Assembly (NCBI GenBank): GCA_963833985.1
Contig: CAWIAD010000001.1
Span: 3,072,001-3,136,000, forward strand
DNA: 64,000 nt
From: an uncultured Planctomycetaceae bacterium
GTDB lineage: Bacteria > Planctomycetota > Planctomycetia > Isosphaerales > Isosphaeraceae
Direction of reading: 5' to 3'
Shown here: piece after piece, positions 53,991 to 64,000 of the stretch
Position numbering within the stretch: the stretch's first letter is position 1
Layout of the letters: every line of letters begins with the position of its first letter
Translations under genes and position numbers: made by a program
The notes under the pieces: generated by a model
What the model saw: the letters and a program-made list of their open reading frames with translations, nothing else
Told to the model about the DNA's origin: nothing
The model's database searches: none

Positions 53991-55385
53991 ATGACCCGCA
54001 CCAGGATCATCCGCCGCAGCAAGCCGATGTCGGTCAGCCCGCTCAAGAGCAGCGCCACCATTGGCGCCGCTCTCGCGTTCATGGGCGTCGCCCGGGCAAT
54101 TCCGCTGATGCACGGAGCGCAGGGGTGTACGGCCTTTGGCAAGGTCTTCTTCGTGCGTCACTTTCGCGAGCCGATCCCGCTCCAGACCACCGCGATGGAC
54201 CAGGTGAGTTCAGTGATGGGTGCCGATGAGAACATCATCGAAGCTCTGGTCGCGGTCTGCGGCAAGCAGAAGCCCGACCTGGTGGGCCTGCCGACGACGG
54301 GGCTGGCCGAGACCCAGGGCACCGACATTCACGGGGCGGTCCGCCAGTTCCGCAACCGCTACCCTGAGTTTGCCGCGATCACCGTGGTGCCCGTGAACAC
54401 GCCGGATTACTCGGGATGCTTCGAGTCCGGTTACGCGCAGGCGGTGCGAGCGCTCATCGATACGGTCGTGCCCGAGACGCGAGCCGTCCGGCCCGCAGTA
54501 CCAAGACGCAACGGACGCGTTGCCGTGCTGGCCGGCTCGCTGCTCTCGGTGGGCGACGTCGAGGCGATCAAGGAGCTGATCGAGCTGTTCGGCTTGCAGC
54601 CGGTGGTCCTACCCGACCTGGCCGACTCGCTGGATGGACACCTGACTGACGAGGACTTCAATCCCTTGACGTACGGCGGCCTCTCCGTCGCCGAGCTGAA
54701 CGCACTGGGAACGGCCGACGCGACGATCGTCGTGGGCCGTTCGCTGAACGCGGCCGCCGACCTGCTGCATGAACGCACGGGGGTTCCGGATTACCGTTTC
54801 GACCATTTGCTCGGGCTCGAGGCCAGTGACGCCTTGGTCTACGCGCTGGCGGCGATCAGCGGCCGGGACGTGCCCGCGCACATCGAGCGGCAACGCGCCC
54901 AGCTTCAGGACGCCATGGTCGACACCCACTTCACGATCGGCCAGCGGCGGTACGCCATTGCGGCCGATCCAGATTTGATGCTCGGTTTCAGCCAGTTCCT
55001 CACCCAGATGGGCGGCGAAGTGGTTGCCGCCGTCGCTCCCGCGCACGGGCCTGCGCTGGAGTCGGTGCCGGCCGCCGAGGTGGCCGTGGGCGATCTGGAG
55101 GATCTCGAAAAGCAAGCGAGGGCGGCCTCCGCCGAGCTGGTGATCGGCAACTCGCACGCGGTGGAATCGGCGCGCCGACTGGGCCTGCCGATCTTCCGTG
55201 CGGGGTTTCCCCAGTTCGATCTACTGGGCGGTTACCAGCACACCTGCATCGGCTACCGGGGCGCCCGGCAGTTGCTGTTCGACCTGGCGAATCTGCTCCA
55301 GGAGCAAAGTCACACAGCCATTCCAGTCTATCGCTCGATCTATTCTCAGAAACAGGACCGGCCGGTCCAGGAGCGGGAACGATGA
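53991..55385 (+). CDS. nifN: FeMo-cofactor scaffold NifN
   Basis: [29 protein letters not shown] and [11 protein letters not shown]. Confidence 0.97.
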   Translation: MTRTRIIRRSKPMSVSPLKSSATIGAALAFMGVARAIPLMHGAQGCTAFGKVFFVRHFREPIPLQTTAMDQVSSVMGADENIIEALVAVCGKQKPDLVGLPTTGLAETQGTDIHGAVRQFRNRYPEFAAITVVPVNTPDYSGCFESGYAQAVRALIDTVVPETRAVRPAVPRRNGRVAVLAGSLLSVGDVEAIKELIELFGLQPVVLPDLADSLDGHLTDEDFNPLTYGGLSVAELNALGTADATIVVGRSLNAAADLLHERTGVPDYRFDHLLGLEASDALVYALAAISGRDVPAHIERQRAQLQDAMVDTHFTIGQRRYAIAADPDLMLGFSQFLTQMGGEVVAAVAPAHGPALESVPAAEVAVGDLEDLEKQARAASAELVIGNSHAVESARRLGLPIFRAGFPQFDLLGGYQHTCIGYRGARQLLFDLANLLQEQSHTAIPVYRSIYSQKQDRPVQERER

Positions 55386-55870
55386 CAGGGTCGATCCCCG
55401 TGCAGCTGAAGATTTGCGATGACCGTGAAACGCCCTGCGAGCCGGCGCTGCTGGTGGCCTTCGCCAGCAGCGACATGACCGCCGTGGATCAGCATTTTGG
55501 GTCCGCGACGCGGTTCGTGGTTTATCGCGTCAGTGCACGCGAAGGGACGCTGCTCCATCTGACGCAGTTCGAGGAGACGAGCCAGGACGGCAATGAGTCG
55601 AAGCTGGCCGCCAAGATTGCGGCCCTCAGCGGCTGCTCGGCAGTTCTCTGCGTGGCCGTGGGTGCCTCGGCCCTGCGACAGCTCGTGGCCGCCGGCATCC
55701 AGCCCATCAAGGTGGAGCCTGGAAGCACGATCCGCGAGGCCGTGGCGCTTCTGGTCCAGGAGATCCAACGAGCTTCCACGCCGTGGGTGGTCAAGGGGCT
55801 GCGGCGTGCGGGTGGAACCCAGGAGTTCAGCCGGTTTGACGACATGGAACAGGGTGGCTGGAAAGGCTGA
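55382..55870 (+). CDS. nifX: NifX
   Basis: [28 protein letters not shown] overlap with nifN. Confidence 0.9.
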   Translation: MTGSIPVQLKICDDRETPCEPALLVAFASSDMTAVDQHFGSATRFVVYRVSAREGTLLHLTQFEETSQDGNESKLAAKIAALSGCSAVLCVAVGASALRQLVAAGIQPIKVEPGSTIREAVALLVQEIQRASTPWVVKGLRRAGGTQEFSRFDDMEQGGWKG

Positions 55871-55989
55871 CCGCTGGACCCGGCCGGGTGTGCCGGTCGG
55901 GAGATTGGCGTCCCGGGCGATGCCCGCCCGCGGCGCAGATGACCTTTGAGTCGCGCGGACGGCCTTCACGGCGTCCGCGCCGGAGCTGG

Positions 55990-56448
55990 ATGTCCATGAG
56001 TACCACGACCGACCTGGCCCAACACGCGATCATTCGACAGATCGTCAAGCAGGTCCGGGCCAACGACACCTACGGTCAGTATGACCGGAGTACGACTGAA
56101 GAGCTGATCGCCCCGTTCATCGTCACAAAGGAGCAAAAGCACGAGATCCCCATCGTGGGTGACCCCGACGAGCAGACGATCGAGCGCGTGCGGGAGTATT
56201 ACAATGCCATCTCGTCGCTGGTCGAGGAAAGGACGGGGTTGATGGCGATCCCGATGATGAGCCTGACACATGAGGGGTTCGGCCGCGCGCTCATCACCGT
56301 GGGCAAGCTCGTTGTCTATGACCGGACGCTGCGCAACGTCCATCGCTACGGTTACAGCTCGGTCGAGCACCTGGAATCGGAAGCCGACAAGGCGCTCACC
56401 GGCATCCTGGGACTCATCGAGCGCTACCGAGAAGTGGCCGAGGACTGA
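55990..56448 (+). CDS. NifX-associated protein (DUF269)
   Basis: RANDTYG, IPIVGDPD, HEGFGR and LRNVHRYGY. Confidence 0.85.
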   Translation: MSMSTTTDLAQHAIIRQIVKQVRANDTYGQYDRSTTEELIAPFIVTKEQKHEIPIVGDPDEQTIERVREYYNAISSLVEERTGLMAIPMMSLTHEGFGRALITVGKLVVYDRTLRNVHRYGYSSVEHLESEADKALTGILGLIERYREVAED

Positions 56449-56467
56449 AACCGGAGATCGTTTCGCC

Positions 56468-56782
56468 ATGAGCACCAGCACGCTTTCGTATGTCGGCCGC
56501 ACGCGGGGCGGGGCCGAGTGGTACCCCAGATACGTCATGGCCCTGGACCAGTCGCGCTGCATCGGCTGCGGCCGGTGCTTCAAGTCGTGCTCGCGATCGG
56601 TTTTCCAGCTCGTCGCGCGGGAGACCGACGAGGATGACGACTGTGACGAGACCTCCAAGGTCATGCAGATTGCCGATGCATTCGACTGCATCGGCTGCGA
56701 GGCCTGCGGCAAGGTCTGCCCCAAGTCATGCCTCACGCACGAGTCAGTCGAGCAGTCTGCCGAGGCAGTTGCTGCAAGATGA
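56468..56782 (+). CDS. fdxB: nif-specific ferredoxin III
   Basis: TRGG..W.P, CIGCGRCFKSC and CIGCEACGKVCPK. Confidence 0.85.
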   Translation: MSTSTLSYVGRTRGGAEWYPRYVMALDQSRCIGCGRCFKSCSRSVFQLVARETDEDDDCDETSKVMQIADAFDCIGCEACGKVCPKSCLTHESVEQSAEAVAAR

Positions 56783-56870
56783 GACGGATCCCGTTCTGGA
56801 AGCCAGCAGACCTTCTCCGTGCGGCCAGTGCCCGGAGGAGGTCTTGCCGTTAACGGAGCCGGTCCGCGAC

Positions 56871-56916
56871 TGTCGGATCTTCGACATGGACCGGTAAAAA
56901 TGTGAACTTCGCGACA
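56871..56916. promoter_or_regulatory. Two perfect NifA UAS upstream of nifU
   Basis: TGTCGGATCTTCGACA (56871-56886) and TGTGAACTTCGCGACA (56901-56916). Confidence 0.8.
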
Positions 56917-56980
56917 CCCACCGCGCCGCGCAAGCGTTGCGCGGCCGCATCCGGGACGGTGTGAAATTGAAGTCAGGGAT

Positions 56981-56996
56981 TGGCATCCTATTTGTT
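56981..56996 (+). promoter_or_regulatory. sigma54 promoter of the nifU operon (GT instead of GC at -12)
   Basis: TGGCATCCTATTTGTT. Confidence 0.65.
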
Positions 56997-57116
56997 AGGC
57001 GAGTGGTCCGACGCGGATCAATGTCGTACCGACCAGCGAATCACCCAGTCCGGTGATCCATCTCCCGCGCGGTCGTAAACCGCCCCGAAACTCTCTCGCG
57101 ACGAAAGGTGTGCATC

Positions 57117-58031
57117 ATGTGGGAGTACTCCGAGAAAGTTCAGGACCATTTCTTCCACCCGCGGAACGCGGGCGCGCTGGTTGACGCCAATGCGGTGGGC
57201 GAGATCGGATCGATCGCCTGCGGCGACGCACTGCGGCTGATGCTCCGGGTGGACCCTGAGTCCGAACGGATCCTGGACGCGCGGTTCCAGACCTTCGGTT
57301 GCGGTTCCGCGATTGCGTCGTCCTCGGCGCTCACGGAGATCATCAAGGGCAAGTCGCTCGACGACGCGCTTCAGGTCTCGAACCAGGATATTGCCGACTA
57401 TCTCGACGGTCTGCCTCCCGAGAAGATGCACTGTTCCGTCATGGGGCGGGAAGCTCTCCAGGCCGCGGTCGCCAACTACCGGGGAGTGGCGCCGGCCGAA
57501 GATCACGAGGAAGGGGCACTGGTGTGCCACTGCTTCGGCATTCATGCCGGGCTGATCGAGGAGGTCGCGCAGAGCAACCGGCTGGCGACGGTGGAGGACA
57601 TCACGAACTACACGAAGGCGGGAGGCGGCTGCACTTCCTGCCACGAGAAGATCGAGGAAATGCTGGACCAGATCAAGGCGAAGCGGAGCCAGCGGCTGGA
57701 CCCGGTGGAGTCCGAGTGTCCGCCGCTACCGCGGGCACCGCGGTGGTCGGAGCTGACCATGCCCCAGCGGGTGCGCCGGGTCGAGTCCGTCATCGAGCGC
57801 ATCCGTCCCCAGTTGCGGGCGGACCACGGGGACATCGAACTCGTGGAGATCGATGGCAAGGCCGTCTTCGTCTCGATGCTCGGTGCCTGCAAGGGATGCG
57901 CGCAGGAGGCGGCCACGCTCGGCGGATTGCAGCAGAAGCTCATCGAGGAATTCGGCGAGCTGGTGACCGTACGTCCGGCCCATGCAATGGCTCTGGCCGC
58001 GGCCAGCCGGGGAGGCAATCACCATGGCTGA
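57117..58031 (+). CDS. nifU: Fe-S scaffold NifU
   Basis: [41 protein letters not shown] and GACKGC. Confidence 0.95.
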   Translation: MWEYSEKVQDHFFHPRNAGALVDANAVGEIGSIACGDALRLMLRVDPESERILDARFQTFGCGSAIASSSALTEIIKGKSLDDALQVSNQDIADYLDGLPPEKMHCSVMGREALQAAVANYRGVAPAEDHEEGALVCHCFGIHAGLIEEVAQSNRLATVEDITNYTKAGGGCTSCHEKIEEMLDQIKAKRSQRLDPVESECPPLPRAPRWSELTMPQRVRRVESVIERIRPQLRADHGDIELVEIDGKAVFVSMLGACKGCAQEAATLGGLQQKLIEEFGELVTVRPAHAMALAAASRGGNHHG

Positions 58032-59239
58032 TATCTATATGGACAACAACGCCACGACCAGGGTTGATCCCGCGGTCGTGGAGGCGATGCTCCCCTTCTT
58101 CACCGAGCAGTTCGGCAATCCCTCGTCGATGCACAGCTTCGGTGACCAGGTGGGCAAGGCGATCAAGAAGGCGCGGGGACAGGTGGCCGGGCTCCTCGGC
58201 GCGGCCCACGATTCCGAGATCATCTTCACCTCGTGCGGGACGGAGTCCGACTCGACGGCCATCCTCTCGGCCCTCAAGTCGCAGCCGGACCGCTGCGAGC
58301 TGATCACCACGGCCGTGGAGCACCCCGCCATTCTCAATCTCTGCGAGCACCTCGAGAAGCAGCTCGGCGAGGATGGCTACGTCGTGCACCGGCTGCACGT
58401 CGATTCCAAGGGCCGGCTTGATCTCCGCGAGTATCGCCGGCTGCTCGGGCCGCAGACGGCCGTCGTCTCGGTGATGTGGGCCAACAACGAGACCGGGACG
58501 ATCTTCCCGGTCGAGGAGATGGCCGAGATGGCGAAGTCCTGCGGCGCCCAGTTCCATACCGATGCGGTCCAGGCCGTGGGCAAGGTTCCCATCAACCTCA
58601 AAGAATCCACGATCGACATGCTGTCGCTCTCCGGCCACAAGCTGCATGCGCCCAAGGGGGTGGGCGTACTCTACCTGCGCCGCGGAACCCGGTTTCGACC
58701 GCTGCTGCGCGGAGGCCACCAGGAGCGGGGGCGGCGCGGGGACGGAGAACACCGCGTCGATCGTGGCCCTGGGCCAGGCGGCCGAGCTGGCATCGGAGCA
58801 CCTCGTCCTCGAGAACACCACCGTCAAGGCAATGCGCGATCGCCTGGAACAAGCCATCATCGAGCAGGTGCCGAACTGCTTCGTCACGGGCGATCGCTCC
58901 AGCCGCCTGCCCAATACCTCGAACATTGCGTTCGAGTACATCGAAGGCGAGAGCATCCTGCTCATGCTGAACCGCCTGGGCATCGCAGCGTCGAGCGGTT
59001 CGGCGTGCACATCGGGATCGCTGGAGCCCTCGCACGTGATGCGCGCCATGGGCATTCCCTACACCGCTGCGCATGGAACCATCCGGTTCTCGCTCTCGCG
59101 TTACAACACCATGGCCGAGGTCGAGCGTGTGATCCAGGCCGTGCCGGGGATCGTCCAGCAACTGCGCTCGCTCTCGCCTTACTGGAACGGTGACTGCCCG
59201 GTCGCCGCCGAGGCCGCGTTCGCTCCGAAGTACGCTTGA
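58024..59239 (+). CDS. nifS: Cysteine desulfurase NifS; frameshift near 58735
   Basis: [35 protein letters not shown] and [16 protein letters not shown]. Confidence 0.93.
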
Positions 59240-59271
59240 CCCATCGTCGATTATTCATCCTCGAGGCATTC

Positions 59272-60433
59272 ATGGCTCTCTCGAAGACGATCGTGCTCGA
59301 CGACACGACGCTGCGCGACGGCGAACAATCGGCGGGCGTGGCGTTCACGGTCCAGGAGAAGATGGCGATTGCCCAGGACCTCGATCGCGCCGGCGTGCCG
59401 GAGCTCGAGGTTGGCATCCCCAGCATGGGCGACGAGGAGCGCGAAAGCATCCTGGCCGTCGCCTCGAGCGGGCTGAATGCCAGGCTTCTGGTATGGTGCC
59501 GGATGCGGCAGGACGACCTGGACGCCTCGGCCGGACTGGGCGCCCACATGGTCGACCTGTCGATTCCGGTCTCCGACCTCCAGATCCGGCACAAGCTGCG
59601 GCGCGACCGGCCGGCCGTGCTGAGGACGATCCGCGAGCTTGTGCCGCAAGCCGTCGCGGCCGGCATGGAAGTCTGCGTCGGCGGCGAGGACGCGTCACGC
59701 GCCAGCATCACCTTCCTGCTCCGCGTCATCGAGGCCGCCGAGTGCGCCGGCGCACGACGGTTCCGGTTCGCCGACACGGTGGGTATCCTCGACCCCTTCC
59801 GGACCCACCGCATCTTTCGCAGGCTGCGACGATCCACCTCCATGGAGCTGGAGATGCACGCGCACGACGACCTGGGCATGGCCACGGCGAACAGCCTGGC
59901 AGCCGCACGCGCCGGCGCGACTCACGTCAACACGACCGTCAATGGCCTGGGCGAGCGCGCGGGAAACGCGCCACTGGAGGAAGTTGCCGTTGCTCTGGAG
60001 ATGCTTCACGGCGTGCAGACCGGGGTGGATCTCCGGCGCCTGCCTGCCGTATCCACCCGGGTCGCGCAAGCGTCCGGCCGGCAGGTCGGCTGGCAGAAGA
60101 GCCTGGTGGGTGAGGGGGTCTTCACCCATGAGGCCGGCATCCACGTCGACGGGCTGCTCAAGAACCGGCTCAATTACCAGGGGGTCGACCCCGCGCTCCT
60201 GGGCCGCGAACACCGTCTTGTTCTGGGCAAGCATTCCGGCTCGCATGCCGTGGAGCGGGCCCTGGTGGCCCTGGGGCTGGACGCCGACCCTGGCGAGGTC
60301 GCCGAGATTCTCCGGCAACTCCGGTCGTTCGCCGAAGCTTCCAAGCGGTCCCCCACCGAGCACGACCTGCGACTCCTGGTACGCCAGACTCGTCACTCAT
60401 CGACCCCTGCCCAGCGGAGGACTCGTCCCGTGA
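59272..60433 (+). CDS. nifV: Homocitrate synthase (reads in frame into nifW as assembled)
   Basis: DTTLRDGEQ, RFADTVG, HAHDDLG, GLGERAGNA, HEAGIH and GKHSG. Confidence 0.93.
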
Positions 60434-60774
60434 TCAGCGACCCGATGCAGGAAGATCTTCAGGAGCTCGGCAGCGCCGAGGAGTTCCTGAACTACTTCGA
60501 AGTGCCGTTTGACGAGCGCATCGTACAAGTCAACCGCTTGCACATCCTTCAGAGATTTCACGATTATCTCGCGCGGGCCACGGCGGAGCGACCCCTTGCG
60601 GATGTCGTAAGCCGTGAGAGCTACAAGGCACTGCTGATGCGTGCCTACCAGGATTTCGTCGACTCCGACGCGATTACTCAGCGGGTCTTCAAGGTGTTCC
60701 ATGACGTCCGCGGCGAGAGCTTCGTGGCCGCGGAAACCATCGGCCTGCAACCAGGGAAGCCCACCCAGGAGTGA
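60430..60774 (+). CDS. nifW: NifW
   Basis: GGAGG then GTG 60430; SAEEFLNYF, VNRLHILQRF, AYQDF and VFKVF. Confidence 0.9.
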   Translation: MISDPMQEDLQELGSAEEFLNYFEVPFDERIVQVNRLHILQRFHDYLARATAERPLADVVSRESYKALLMRAYQDFVDSDAITQRVFKVFHDVRGESFVAAETIGLQPGKPTQE

Positions 60775-60778
60775 CGCC

Positions 60779-61246
60779 GTGATTCCAGCATTTGATTATG
60801 GGGACATGGTGCGCGTCATCCGCACGATCCGCAACGACGGAACCTACCCCGATATGGAGACAGGCGCCCAGCTCGTGCGGGCCGGCAGCGTGGGGCACGT
60901 CCGCAACGTGGGGACCTTTCTTCAGGAGCAGATCATCTACGCCGTGCACTTCCTGGGAGAGGACCGGATCGTCGGTTGCCGCGAGGAAGAGCTGGTCTCC
61001 ATCGACGCGCCCTGGACCACGACCCGGTTCCTCTTCCGCGATTGCGTCGTGGCGCGCATCCCTCTGACCGTCGGCGGGCAAGTGGTCGTTGCCCAGGGTT
61101 CGGCGGGCGAGGTGGTCCAGCGCCTGGGTGACGGACCACAGGGACCAAGCTACCATGTCGGTTTCGGCAACCGCGTCTTTCAGGTACCGGAGTCGGCTCT
61201 GGACGAGGCTCCGGTCTGCGACCTGCCGGAAGATCCCGGCGCATGA
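60779..61246 (+). CDS. nifZ: NifZ
   Basis: IRNDGTYP, GTFLQEQIIYAVHF and VGCREEEL. Confidence 0.92.
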   Translation: MIPAFDYGDMVRVIRTIRNDGTYPDMETGAQLVRAGSVGHVRNVGTFLQEQIIYAVHFLGEDRIVGCREEELVSIDAPWTTTRFLFRDCVVARIPLTVGGQVVVAQGSAGEVVQRLGDGPQGPSYHVGFGNRVFQVPESALDEAPVCDLPEDPGA

Positions 61247-61280
61247 GACGACCCCAGGCGCGGACACGTGGAGCGACGCC

Positions 61281-62084
61281 ATGCTTCCCGAGCTTTCGGA
61301 CGACGAGCGGACACGCTACGACAGGCAGATCGGGCCGGGCGTTCTCACCGAGCAAGGACAGCAGCGCCTGAAGGCCGCGACGGCCCTGGTAACGCGGGTG
61401 GGCGGCGTCGGCGGGCCAGCGGCGCTGGCCCTGGCCATGGCGGGCCTTGGCAAGCTCATCATCGCGCACGGCGGCCCGCTGGAATCGCCCGACCTGAACC
61501 GGCAGGTGCTGGGCTCGGAAGCTGGCGTGGGGCAGCCCCGCGCCTGGCAATTCGCGGAGAACATCCGCAAGCTCTGCCGGTTCGTCGAAATTGACGTCAT
61601 CCCGCACGAACCCGACGAGGACGAGGCCGTCGAGCTGGCACGACGCGCGCAGATCGTGCTCAGTTGCCCCGCGGACTTCACGCACCGGCTCCGGCTCAAC
61701 CGCGCGGCCCACCGCGCCGGTGTGCCATTCATCGACGCCGCGCAGTGGGGCATGGCCGGTTCGCTTTTCGTCAGTGATGGAGCGACGACGCCGTGCCTGG
61801 AGTGCCTCTACCCGGAAGAGCCCCCGTTCGAGCCTCGGTTTCCGGTCGTGGGAGCGATCGCCGGGGCCATCGGCAACCTGGCGGCCCTCGAAGCCGTGAA
61901 GATTCTCAGCGGCACCGGCAAGCCAATCTGGGGACAGATGTTGCTCATCGACGGGTTCAGCGGCGAGACGCACAGGATCTGCCTGCAACGGCGGCCCACG
62001 TGCCCGGTGTGCGCTGGCTATCCTCCAGCGACCGGCGAGAAGATCAGGACCTCGTCCCCTTCACGGAGCGTCCTTTCGCGGTGA
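61281..62084 (+). CDS. hesA: HesA/MoeB/ThiF-family E1-like adenylyltransferase
   Basis: RYDRQI, GQQRLK, VGGVGG, DLNRQ, PCLECL and CPVC. Confidence 0.88.
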   Translation: MLPELSDDERTRYDRQIGPGVLTEQGQQRLKAATALVTRVGGVGGPAALALAMAGLGKLIIAHGGPLESPDLNRQVLGSEAGVGQPRAWQFAENIRKLCRFVEIDVIPHEPDEDEAVELARRAQIVLSCPADFTHRLRLNRAAHRAGVPFIDAAQWGMAGSLFVSDGATTPCLECLYPEEPPFEPRFPVVGAIAGAIGNLAALEAVKILSGTGKPIWGQMLLIDGFSGETHRICLQRRPTCPVCAGYPPATGEKIRTSSPSRSVLSR

Positions 62085-62269
62085 TCGGCGACCGTGCCGA
62101 GATGCTCGCCGCAGACTGCGACCATGGTGCCAGGGCCCAGCGCGCACTGCCAGGCGCGAACCGCGGACAGCGCCTCGTCGAGCGATGCCCCCTCGGGGAG
62201 TTCCAGGACCTCGGGAATTGACCCAGACTCTGGATACTGCCTCCCCGTAATCTTCACTCGTACCTTCAC
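62018..62269 (-). CDS. MoaD/ThiS-like ubiquitin-fold sulfur carrier
   Basis: GGGAGG then GTG; LELPEGASL..LREGDEVLIFSPVAGG with C-terminal di-Gly. Confidence 0.8.
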   Translation of the reverse strand: MKVRVKITGRQYPESGSIPEVLELPEGASLDEALSAVRAWQCALGPGTMVAVCGEHLGTVADHRERTLREGDEVLIFSPVAGG

Positions 62270-62348
62270 TCGCCTTGCCTCCCAAGAATCTCTACGCGCT
62301 CTAGGCGGTTTTCTGACCGGTTGCAAGCAGCTTCTGAGGTCTTGGAAA

Positions 62349-62412
62349 GGGGGGCAGACATTCCTGTCTGCCAGGGCAGGCCGGCTCCGGCAGGCAGGAA
62401 TGCCTGCCCCCC
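62349..62412. repeat. REP-like 24-bp inverted repeat (second family)
   Basis: GGGGGGCAGACATTCCTGTCTGCC ... GGCAGGCAGGAATGCCTGCCCCCC. Confidence 0.75.
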
Positions 62413-62484
62413 TCAGTCTCAATCTGCGTTCCAAGTGAAAACCGCTCTAGACCTCGACAAGTCGCTCGCAGTGCATCGGCAGAT

Positions 62485-62653
62485 CGCTCGCGCATGGAGC
62501 GTTTCTGCTCCATTTGTGTGCAGAATGTGTGATCCAGGAAAGGCCTTTTTGTCGCAACTGTGGGATCTTGACAGGTCCCGCGGGCTAAAGCGAAGTCACC
62601 ATGCAGTTTACAAGCCGAGCTTCAACGGCCGCGAGGTTGGTGCGAGATTTGCA
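62485..62653 (+). promoter_or_regulatory. Candidate NtrC-type sites and sigma54 promoter of nifA
   Basis: TGCTCCATTTGTGTGCA (62506-62522), a weaker site at 62485-62501, and TGGTGCGAGATTTGCA (62638-62653). Confidence 0.5.
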
Positions 62654-62907
62654 CTTGTGAGACTGATCCTCGATCGCAGCGATGCCGGACGAGCGGATTC
62701 CATCCACGATTGACGATCGCCAGCGGACGTCGTTGGTCAACGCACAAATGAATCGTCATCTTCTCGATGGCGATGCACGGTTGCAAGCCGTCGAAGCGAT
62801 TCCTTGCATCGGACGGTGGAAAGCTGACATCGGATGGGGATGGTCCCGCGGTCAAAAGCCGCGTGGATCCAGAGTTCCAGGTCCGTTGAAGCTCCCGGAG
62901 GGAAAAG

Positions 62908-64000
62908 GTGGAGCCGCTACCCTTGGCCTGCCCGGCGACTGATTGTGCATCCTGCCCGATCACGATTGAACGCGACATGTTCTTCAGCGTCAGCCAGATC
63001 CTGGCTCACTCGCTGGATCTGCGCCGCACGCTTTCCGATGTGCTTCAAGAGCTGGAGAACCGGGTCAATCTCACACGGGGCATCGTCACCCTGCTGGACG
63101 CGGAGAGTGGCGACCTGATCCTGGAGGCGATGATCGGCCCCGATGGAACGATTTTCAAGCCGGCCGACATCCGCTACCGGAGCGGTGAAGGGATTCTCGG
63201 TCAGATCCTCGCCGAGGGCCAGACCATCGTCGTGAGCCGGATCGCCGACGAGCCGAGGTTCATTGGCCGCCTGGGGATCTACGATCCCGAGCTACCATTC
63301 ATCGCCGTACCGATCCGGCTCGGCACGCGGATCGTAGGAGTGCTCGCGGCGCAGCCGCAACCATCGTCGGACGTCGACCTCAGGGACCGGGCACGCGCCC
63401 TGGAGATGGTCGCCAACCTGGTCGGTCAGGTGATCCGACTTTCGTGGAACATGGCCGAGGAGCGCAAGCACCTGGTCAGCGAGCGTGATCGTCTCTTGCA
63501 GGAAGTTCGCGGCCAGTACGGCTTCGACAATATCATCGGCCGCTCCGCGCTCATGCGGCGAGTCTTCGAGCAGATCCGCGCGGTCGCCAAGTGGACGACG
63601 ACCGTGCTCATTCGCGGAGAGTCCGGCACGGGGAAGGAGTTGGTCGCCAACTCCATCCACTACAATTCCCAGCGGGCCGACAAGCCGTTCATTCGCCTCA
63701 ACTGCGCTGCACTGTCGGACCAGCTTCTCGAATCCGAGTTATTCGGTCACGAGAAGGGGGCGTTCACCGGCGCGGGCGATCATCGCCTGGGGCGTTTTGA
63801 GCAGGCCGACGGCGGCACGCTTTTCCTGGACGAGATCGGCGAAATCTCCTCCTCGTTCCAGGCCAAGCTGCTGCGCGTCTTGCAGGAAGGGGAGTTCGAG
63901 CGGGTCGGCAGCTCCCAGACCCGCAACGTCGACATCCGGATTATCGCCGCCACCAACCGCAATCTCGAAGAAGACGTGCAATCCGGCAAGTTCCGAGAGG
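62908..64000 (+). CDS. nifA: nif-specific sigma54 activator NifA (GAF plus AAA+), truncated by the window
   Basis: Not in the ORF track (no stop in window). GGAGG then GTG 62908; [40 protein letters not shown] and [18 protein letters not shown]. Confidence 0.93.
   Translation, partial: MEPLPLACPATDCASCPITIERDMFFSVSQILAHSLDLRRTLSDVLQELENRVNLTRGIVTLLDAESGDLILEAMIGPDGTIFKPADIRYRSGEGILGQILAEGQTIVVSRIADEPRFIGRLGIYDPELPFIAVPIRLGTRIVGVLAAQPQPSSDVDLRDRARALEMVANLVGQVIRLSWNMAEERKHLVSERDRLLQEVRGQYGFDNIIGRSALMRRVFEQIRAVAKWTTTVLIRGESGTGKELVANSIHYNSQRADKPFIRLNCAALSDQLLESELFGHEKGAFTGAGDHRLGRFEQADGGTLFLDEIGEISSSFQAKLLRVLQEGEFERVGSSQTRNVDIRIIAATNRNLEEDVQSGKFRE

Noticed and set aside
58024..59239. nifS (also ispH, lutB) as true pseudogenes or programmed frameshifts
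   Set aside because: Same indel signature across the window and no slippery-site pattern; assembly error is more parsimonious.

Overview
High-GC bacterial genomic window, most likely a planctomycete (Isosphaeraceae-like; inferred from its Ser/Thr kinase types, DUF1080, ECF sigma and sulfatase genes, not from a marker gene). The left ~42 kb holds host genes: a double amidohydrolase, a beta-propeller, an ECF sigma module, a sulfatase, a PQQ alcohol dehydrogenase operon with a lanthanide-type DYD motif, a hybrid kinase, two Ser/Thr kinases, ispH and lutABC. At 20.9-24.9 kb is a three-level nested mobile element. A group II intron sits inside one arm of a REP-like palindrome. Its RT gene is split exactly at the PQG..SPLL motif by a 2.0-kb large-serine-recombinase element with perfect 23-bp inverted ends. 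In-silico excision restores a 432-aa RT and gives an almost fully coding circle with a different recombinase C-terminus. The right ~22 kb is a Mo-nitrogenase cluster of Azotobacter/gammaproteobacterial type (sufS-sufE, nifB-fdxN, SIR2-like gene, nifHDKTY-ENX, nifUSVWZ-hesA, a MoaD/ThiS-like gene, nifA cut by the window edge), with sigma54 promoters and NifA UAS sites. About 12-13 small frameshifts in otherwise intact genes look like read/assembly indels.
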